From an uncultured Gallionella sp. (GTDB taxonomy: Bacteria; Pseudomonadota; Gammaproteobacteria; Burkholderiales; Gallionellaceae): a stretch of 64,000 bases of DNA. Below, in pieces: positions 58,172 to 64,000 of the stretch. A model generated the notes under the pieces. That model was not told the origin of the DNA. It saw only the letters and a program-made list of their open reading frames with translations, and did not search any database. Every line of letters starts with the position of its first letter. Position 1 is the stretch's first letter. Location: positions 8,164 to 72,163 of the forward strand of contig CAMTUO010000033.1 of the NCBI GenBank assembly GCA_947084955.1. The letters are read 5' to 3'. The position numbers and the translations under genes were made by a program.

Positions 58172-59359
58172 GTGACGCATCCTGCCATTCTTGTATTAGC
58201 CGATGGGACGGTGTTTCGCGGTGTCGCAATCGGAGCTTCCGGCAGCAGTGTCGGTGAGGTGGTGTTTAATACCTCGATGACTGGCTATCAGGAAATACTC
58301 ACCGATCCTTCCTATTGTCGTCAGATTGTGACGCTGACTTGTCCGCATATCGGCAATGTGGGCGTGAACGAAGAAGATGTCGAGTCACGTCAGGTGTTTG
58401 CCAGCGGTCTGGTGATACGCGATTTGTCGCTGACGGTGAGTAACTGGCGCAGCAGCCAGTCATTGCCGGAATATCTTAAAGCCAATAATGTGGTGGCCAT
58501 TGCCGGCATCGATACGCGCCGTCTGACCCGTATTCTGCGCGAAAAAGGTGCGCAGAACGGCTGTATCGCCACCGGTACGGATGAAGCGGCAGCGTTGCAG
58601 GCGGCACGCGGCTTTGCAGGACTTGACGGGATGGACCTCGCTCAGGTGGTGAGTTGCGACAAATCCTATGAATGGACGGAAGGCGTCTGGCAACTGGGCA
58701 CGGTGCATGGCGAGGAAGCAGGATCGGGGATTGAGAATAGAGAGAAATTAAAGGCTACAGGCCCCACTCACTCCTCACTCCTCACTCCTCACTCCTATCA
58801 CGTCGTGGCTTACGATTTCGGCGTGAAGCGCAATATTTTGCGCATGCTGGCTGAACGAGGCTGCAAGGTGACTGTCGTGCCGGCGAAAACGGCGGCTAAA
58901 GACGTGCTTGCCCTGAAACCGGATGGTGTGTTTTTATCGAATGGTCCGGGTGATCCGGAGCCGTGCGATTATGCGATTACAGCGACGCAACAGGTGCTGG
59001 CGTCAGGTGTTCCGCTGTTCGGTATTTGTCTCGGGCATCAGATTCTGGGGCTGGCCGTCGGTGCCAGAACGATGAAGATGAAATTCGGTCATCGCGGCGC
59101 CAATCATCCGGTGCAGGAACTGGCAAGCGGCCGCGTGATGATTACCAGTCAGAACCACGGTTTTGCGGTAGATGCTGCGAGTTTGCCGGTAAACGCGCGT
59201 GCAACGCATGTCTCCTTGTTTGACGGAACGTTGCAAGGATTTGAATTAACAGATAAACCTGCGTTCTGTTTTCAGGGACACCCCGAGGCAAGTCCCGGTC
59301 CGCACGATGTGGATGGCTTGTTCGATCGCTTTGTTGAAATGATGGAGGAGCGTCGTTAG
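58172..59359 (+). CDS. carA: Carbamoyl-phosphate synthase small subunit, with an in-frame repeat insertion
   Basis: [22 protein letters not shown] and FQGHPE; GTG start. Confidence 0.95.
   Translation: MTHPAILVLADGTVFRGVAIGASGSSVGEVVFNTSMTGYQEILTDPSYCRQIVTLTCPHIGNVGVNEEDVESRQVFASGLVIRDLSLTVSNWRSSQSLPEYLKANNVVAIAGIDTRRLTRILREKGAQNGCIATGTDEAAALQAARGFAGLDGMDLAQVVSCDKSYEWTEGVWQLGTVHGEEAGSGIENREKLKATGPTHSSLLTPHSYHVVAYDFGVKRNILRMLAERGCKVTVVPAKTAAKDVLALKPDGVFLSNGPGDPEPCDYAITATQQVLASGVPLFGICLGHQILGLAVGARTMKMKFGHRGANHPVQELASGRVMITSQNHGFAVDAASLPVNARATHVSLFDGTLQGFELTDKPAFCFQGHPEASPGPHDVDGLFDRFVEMMEERR
58711..58795. repeat. Heptamer-array inverted element translated within carA
   Basis: GAGGAAG CAGGATC GGGGATT GAGAATA ... 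(CTCACTC)4; same family as 16211-16298. Confidence 0.75.
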
Positions 59360-59447
59360 TCGTTAGTCGTTAGTCGTTAGTTGGTGTAGTCGCTTCGCGG
59401 CTTTTATCAGTAACTAGCGTCTAGCGTCTAGCGTCTTACGTCTAGTT
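59353..59447. repeat. Heptamer-array hairpin between carA and carB
   Basis: (TCGTTAG)4 ... CGCTTCGCG ... (CTAGCGT)3; the first unit supplies the carA TAG stop. Confidence 0.8.
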
Positions 59448-59450
59448 AAA

Positions 59451-62400
59451 ATGCCAAAACGTACTGATCTAAAATCCATACTCATCATCGGCGCAGGCCC
59501 TATTGTCATCGGGCAGGCGTGCGAATTCGACTATTCCGGCGCGCAAGCCTGTAAAGCGCTGCGCGAGGAAGGTTATCGCGTGGTGCTGGTGAACTCGAAC
59601 CCGGCCACCATCATGACCGATCCCGATATGGCGGATGCGACCTATATCGAGCCCATCACCTGGCAGATCGTTGAAAAGATCATCGCAAAGGAACGCCCCT
59701 GTGCGATCCTGCCGACCATGGGCGGTCAGACGGCGTTGAATTGCGCGCTCGATCTGGCTAAACACGGTGTGCTTGAAAAATATAACGTCGAGATGATCGG
59801 TGCCTCGCGTGAGGCCATCGATATGGCGGAAGATCGCGAGAAATTCAAGCAGGCGATGACGCGTATCGGTCTGGCGTCAGCCCGTTCCGCCATCGCGCAC
59901 AGCATGGAAGAGGCGATGCAGGTGCAGCGGGTGATGGGCTTCCCGACCGTGATTCGTCCGTCCTTCACGATGGGCGGCAGCGGCGGCGGCATTGCCTACA
60001 ACCGCGAAGAATTTATTACTATCTGTGAACGCGGGCTGGAAGCGTCGCCGACCAAAGAGTTGCTGATCGAAGAATCCCTGCTGGGCTGGAAAGAATACGA
60101 GATGGAGGTGGTGCGTGATCGCAATGACAATTGCATCATTATCTGCTCGATCGAGAACCTGGACCCGATGGGTGTACATACCGGCGATTCGATCACGGTG
60201 GCGCCCGCGCTGACGCTGACCGACAAGGAGTACCAGATATTGCGCGATGCAAGTCTGGCCGTGCTGCGTGAAATCGGCGTGGAGACCGGCGGCTCTAACG
60301 TGCAGTTTTCCATCAACCCGGACGACGGGCGTATGGTGGTGATCGAGATGAATCCGCGCGTGTCGCGCTCATCCGCACTGGCCTCCAAAGCGACCGGTTT
60401 CCCGATTGCCAAGGTGGCGGCCAAGCTGGCGGTCGGGTACACGCTGGATGAGTTGCAGAACGATATCACCGGGGGGGCGACGCCGGCATCCTTCGAACCG
60501 ACGATCGATTATGTGGTGACCAAGATACCGCGTTTCGCCTTTGAAAAATTCCCGCAGGCCAATGATCGTCTGACCACACAGATGAAATCGGTGGGCGAAG
60601 TGATGGCGATCGGCCGCACCTTCCAGGAATCCTTCCAGAAAGCCCTGCGCGGCCTGGAAGTGGGGGTGAACGGTCTGGACAGCAAGTTCGATCAGCTCGA
60701 TGAAATTACGGCTGAATTGCGCAATCCGGGGCCGGAGCGTATCTGGGCGGTGTCGGATGCGTTTCGTCTTGGCATGAGCGTCGATCAGGTCTTCGATGTC
60801 AGTAAGATAGACCGCTGGTTTTTGACCCAGATTGCCGACCTGATCCGTCAGGAGCAGAGCCTGTCCGGGCGTACACTGGAGAGTGTAGATGCGCTTGAAA
60901 TGCGCAGCCTGAAGCGCAGCGGTTTTGGCGATGCCCGGCTGGCAGCGCTGCTGGAAACGGATGAAGCGGCATTGCGCGCCTATCGTCATGCATTAGGCGT
61001 GCGTCCGGTGTACAAGCGCGTGGATACCTGTGCGGCCGAATTTGCCACGGATACCGCTTACATGTATTCCACCTATGAAGAGGAATGCGAAGCGCTGCCT
61101 ACCCATAACAAGAAAATCATGGTATTGGGTGGCGGGCCGAACCGTATCGGGCAGGGTATCGAATTTGATTATTGCTGTGTGCATGCCGCGCTGGCGATGC
61201 GTGAAGATGGTTATGAGACCATTATGGTCAACTGCAATCCGGAAACCGTATCCACCGATTACGATACCTCTGACCGGCTGTATTTCGAGCCGCTGACGCT
61301 GGAAGATGTGCTGGAAGTGGTGGCCGTTGAAAAACCGATCGGCGTGATCGTGCAGTACGGCGGACAGACGCCGTTGAGTCTTGCGCATGGTCTTGCAAAA
61401 AATGGTGTGCCGATTATCGGCACCACGCCGGACATGATCGACTGTGCGGAAGATCGCGAACGTTTCAAACAGATGCTGATGGGACTGGATCTGAAGCAGC
61501 CGCCCAACCGCACGGCAAGCACGGTGGCCGAAGGGCTGGCGGGCGCGGCGGCCATTGGGTATCCACTGGTGATGCGGCCTTCCAATGTGCTGGGCGGGCG
61601 TGCGATGGAAATCATCCATGCTCAGGTTGACCTTGAACGCTATATGCGCGATGCGGAAGTCATGTCCAGGACGTATCCTGAGCGTCTGCCGATTCTGCTG
61701 GATCGTTTCCTGAACGATGCCATCGAAGTGGACGTGGATGCAGTATCCGATGGGGTTGATGTGATTATCGGCGGCATCATGGAACACATCGAGGAAGCCG
61801 GTGTGCATTCTGGTGACTCGGCCTGTTCGTTGCCACCGTTCAGCCTGTCGGAAGCGATGCAGGACGAGTTGCGCCGTCAGACCGTTGCGATGGCCCGTGC
61901 GCTGAATGTGGTCGGGCTGATGAACGTGCAGTTTGCGATTCAGGGTGAGACGGTCTATGTGCTGGAAGTGAATCCGCGCGCCTCGCGTACCGTGCCCTTT
62001 GTCTCCAAGGCGACGGGCGTGCCGCTGGCGAAAATCGCGGCGCGTTGCATGGCGGGTCAGAGTCTCGCGCAGCAGGGGGTCACCCGTGAAGTGGTACCCG
62101 ACTATTACTCGGTAAAGGAAGCGGTATTTCCGTTCATCAAGTTCCCTGGCGTGGATGTGATTCTGGGTCCTGAAATGAAGTCCACCGGGGAGGTGATGGG
62201 GGTCGGCAATACGTTTGCCGAAGCCTTTGTCAAATCGCAACTGGCGGCTTCCGTGAATTTGCCGAAAAGCGGTAATGTCTTCATCAGCGTGCGTGAGGCG
62301 GACAAACCGGGTGCGGTTGAAGTTGCCCGTACGCTGGAAAAGCTGGGTTACGCATTGCTGGCGACGCGCGGGACGGCCGCGGCGATTACGGCAGCCGGTA

Positions 62401-62681
62401 TCGCGGTCAAGGTGCTGAACAAGGTGGGAGAAGGTCGCCCGAACGTCGTGGACATGATCAAGAATGGTGAAGTCAGCCTGATCGTCAACACGGTTGAAAG
62501 CAATCCTTCCGTGATGCGTGATTCCTATTCCATCCGGCACGCAGCGTTGCAGGGGCGGGTGACGTATTACACCACGCTGGCCGGTGCGCGTGCGGCCTGT
62601 ATCGGTATGCAGCATCTTGACGATTTGCAGGTGTATGACGTACAGACACAGCATAAGAGAAAAGCAGTCACTAGTCTCTAG
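59451..62681 (+). CDS. carB: Carbamoyl-phosphate synthase large subunit
   Basis: [16 protein letters not shown], two ATP-grasp halves and an MGS domain. Confidence 0.97.
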   Translation: MPKRTDLKSILIIGAGPIVIGQACEFDYSGAQACKALREEGYRVVLVNSNPATIMTDPDMADATYIEPITWQIVEKIIAKERPCAILPTMGGQTALNCALDLAKHGVLEKYNVEMIGASREAIDMAEDREKFKQAMTRIGLASARSAIAHSMEEAMQVQRVMGFPTVIRPSFTMGGSGGGIAYNREEFITICERGLEASPTKELLIEESLLGWKEYEMEVVRDRNDNCIIICSIENLDPMGVHTGDSITVAPALTLTDKEYQILRDASLAVLREIGVETGGSNVQFSINPDDGRMVVIEMNPRVSRSSALASKATGFPIAKVAAKLAVGYTLDELQNDITGGATPASFEPTIDYVVTKIPRFAFEKFPQANDRLTTQMKSVGEVMAIGRTFQESFQKALRGLEVGVNGLDSKFDQLDEITAELRNPGPERIWAVSDAFRLGMSVDQVFDVSKIDRWFLTQIADLIRQEQSLSGRTLESVDALEMRSLKRSGFGDARLAALLETDEAALRAYRHALGVRPVYKRVDTCAAEFATDTAYMYSTYEEECEALPTHNKKIMVLGGGPNRIGQGIEFDYCCVHAALAMREDGYETIMVNCNPETVSTDYDTSDRLYFEPLTLEDVLEVVAVEKPIGVIVQYGGQTPLSLAHGLAKNGVPIIGTTPDMIDCAEDRERFKQMLMGLDLKQPPNRTASTVAEGLAGAAAIGYPLVMRPSNVLGGRAMEIIHAQVDLERYMRDAEVMSRTYPERLPILLDRFLNDAIEVDVDAVSDGVDVIIGGIMEHIEEAGVHSGDSACSLPPFSLSEAMQDELRRQTVAMARALNVVGLMNVQFAIQGETVYVLEVNPRASRTVPFVSKATGVPLAKIAARCMAGQSLAQQGVTREVVPDYYSVKEAVFPFIKFPGVDVILGPEMKSTGEVMGVGNTFAEAFVKSQLAASVNLPKSGNVFISVREADKPGAVEVARTLEKLGYALLATRGTAAAITAAGIAVKVLNKVGEGRPNVVDMIKNGEVSLIVNTVESNPSVMRDSYSIRHAALQGRVTYYTTLAGARAACIGMQHLDDLQVYDVQTQHKRKAVTSL

Positions 62682-62792
62682 TTATTAGTAGTTAGTTTAT
62701 GTTGTCCGCTACGCGGCTCTAACTAATATTAACGTCTAGTGGCTAACGACTGTTTATTAACTAACGTCTAGCGTCTAACGTCTAGCGTCTAA
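62661..62792. repeat. Heptamer-array hairpin overlapping the carB 3' end
   Basis: AAAGCAGTC...GTCCGCTACGCGG...GACTGTTT followed by (CTAACGT/CTAGCGT)4. Confidence 0.75.
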
Positions 62793-62810
62793 TTTTTAGA
62801 AAGTTTCAGT

Positions 62811-63287
62811 ATGAGCAAGATTCCATTGACCGTGGTAGGTGCCGATAAATTGCGTCAGGAGTTGCACAAGCTCAAGACCGTTGAGCGCCCCTGGGTGATC
62901 AACGCGATTTCAGAAGCGCGCGCACAAGGCGACCTTTCCGAGAACGCCGAGTATGAAGCGGCCAAGGAAAAGCAGGGGTTTGTCGAAGGGCGCATTATCG
63001 AACTCGAAGGCAAATTGGGCAGCGCGCAGATCATCGATCCCAAGACGCTGAATGCGGACGGGCGCTGTGTGTTTGGCGCAACGGTGATTCTGGAAGATGT
63101 CAACAGCGGTGATGTGGTGACCTATCAGATCGTCGGTGACGATGAAGCGGATGTGCGCGAGCGCAAAATTTCCATCAGTTCACCGATCGCGCGTGCGCTG
63201 ATCGGCAAATACAGCGGAGATGTGGCTGAAGTTCAGGCGCCTCAGGGTGTGCGCGAATATGAAGTGGTTGAGGTGCAGTACATCTAG
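62811..63287 (+). CDS. greA: Transcription elongation factor GreA
   Basis: [13 protein letters not shown] and [14 protein letters not shown]. Confidence 0.96.
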   Translation: MSKIPLTVVGADKLRQELHKLKTVERPWVINAISEARAQGDLSENAEYEAAKEKQGFVEGRIIELEGKLGSAQIIDPKTLNADGRCVFGATVILEDVNSGDVVTYQIVGDDEADVRERKISISSPIARALIGKYSGDVAEVQAPQGVREYEVVEVQYI

Positions 63288-63382
63288 AAGCAGTTGATAG
63301 TTGCTAGTCGCTAGTTGTTAGTGAAAACCGCGTAGCGGACATCATCAACTAGGAACTAGCGTCTAATAGCTAACAACTGCTT
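63288..63382. repeat. Heptamer-array hairpin filling the convergent greA-yhbY gap, probable terminator
   Basis: AAGCAGTTG...CCGCGTAGCGGAC...CAACTGCTT. Confidence 0.75.
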
Positions 63383-63732
63383 TATCTGTTACCCAGTTGT
63401 TTCTTGGTCAGTGGTTTTTTGCCTTTGTGACGCGGCATCTGGCGGATTTCAAGTTTGTGCACATCAGGGTTTTCTTTAAAGATTACCAGAATTTTGCCGA
63501 TATGCTGTACGGGTTCCGCATCCAGTTTCGTGCAGATTTCGTTAAAGATGGCTTCGCGGTCGGCGCGTTCAGCCATCACGCGAATCTTGATGAGTTCGTG
63601 CAGCTTTAAAGTCAGCTCGATTTCCTTCAGGACGGCATCAGTCAAGCCTGCATTGCCTATCATGACGGTGGGTTTTAATTGGTGTGCGAGGCCCTTCAGG
63701 GCTAGGCGTGCTGCGACGGTCAGGACTGGCAT
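63382..63732 (-). CDS. yhbY: YhbY/CRM-domain ribosome assembly RNA-binding protein
   Basis: LKGLAHQLKPTVMIG...HELIKIR...VQHIGKILV. Confidence 0.92.
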   Translation of the reverse strand: MPVLTVAARLALKGLAHQLKPTVMIGNAGLTDAVLKEIELTLKLHELIKIRVMAERADREAIFNEICTKLDAEPVQHIGKILVIFKENPDVHKLEIRQMPRHKGKKPLTKKQLGNR

Positions 63733-63770
63733 AATTTTCTCAATAATATTTCAGGTGTGGATTCTAAACG

Positions 63771-64000
63771 ATGAAGCCTTCCAAAACCAGTAAACAGTGG
63801 ATGCGCGAGCATATAAATGATCCTTTTGTGCAAATGGCGCAAAAAGAGGGCTATCGTTCACGTGCGGCCTACAAGTTGCTTGAGATCAACGACAAGGATC
63901 ATCTGCTCAAACCAGGCCAGGTGGTGGTGGATCTGGGGGCTGTACCTGGCGGCTGGTGTCAGGTGGCGGCGGCGATTGTGGGCGACTCAGGTCGTGTGAT
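63771..64000 (+). CDS. rlmE: 23S rRNA Um2552 methyltransferase, partial
   Basis: [20 protein letters not shown]...[10 protein letters not shown]...[10 protein letters not shown]; divergent from yhbY. Confidence 0.92.
   Translation, partial: MKPSKTSKQWMREHINDPFVQMAQKEGYRSRAAYKLLEINDKDHLLKPGQVVVDLGAVPGGWCQVAAAIVGDSGRV

Noticed and set aside
59353-59447. Possible CRISPR array in the short tandem repeats (also 62661-62792)
   Set aside because: Units are 7 bp with no unique spacers, and no cas genes are present.

Overview
A 64-kb chromosomal window from a betaproteobacterium. Gene order and protein style suggest Nitrosomonadales, possibly Gallionellaceae (inference). The core backbone is: ECF sigma operon divergent from ilvIH-ilvC-psd-pssA-leuA, ispB with a degenerate tRNA-Pro, pilS-pilR-ampD, nrdAB, pabB, mntP, carAB-greA, yhbY and a partial rlmE. 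Accessory content is: a frameshifted PAS-GAF gene; small secreted Cys-repeat and collagen-like proteins; an aryl-polyene/xanthomonadin-like operon with no ketosynthase that ends in a PAP2/Aur1-like gene; two toxin-antitoxin islets (HigBA between 26-bp REP direct repeats, and Phd/VapC inside a 36-bp duplication of the ampD 3' end, neither with an integrase); an orphan 677-aa beta-propeller protein; a triplicated response-regulator/REC signalling array followed by a Ser/Thr kinase-HDOD gene; and a galU-DUF389-CBS-ArsB/NhaD-MscS-MscS-CPA1 operon divergent from a MarR gene. Small palindromic repeats are dense: MITE-like elements, REP-like elements and heptamer-array hairpins. Many share a CGC-GNA-GCG mini-hairpin, and two are translated in frame inside carA and pabB. 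No CRISPR array, rRNA, transposase or integrase was seen.
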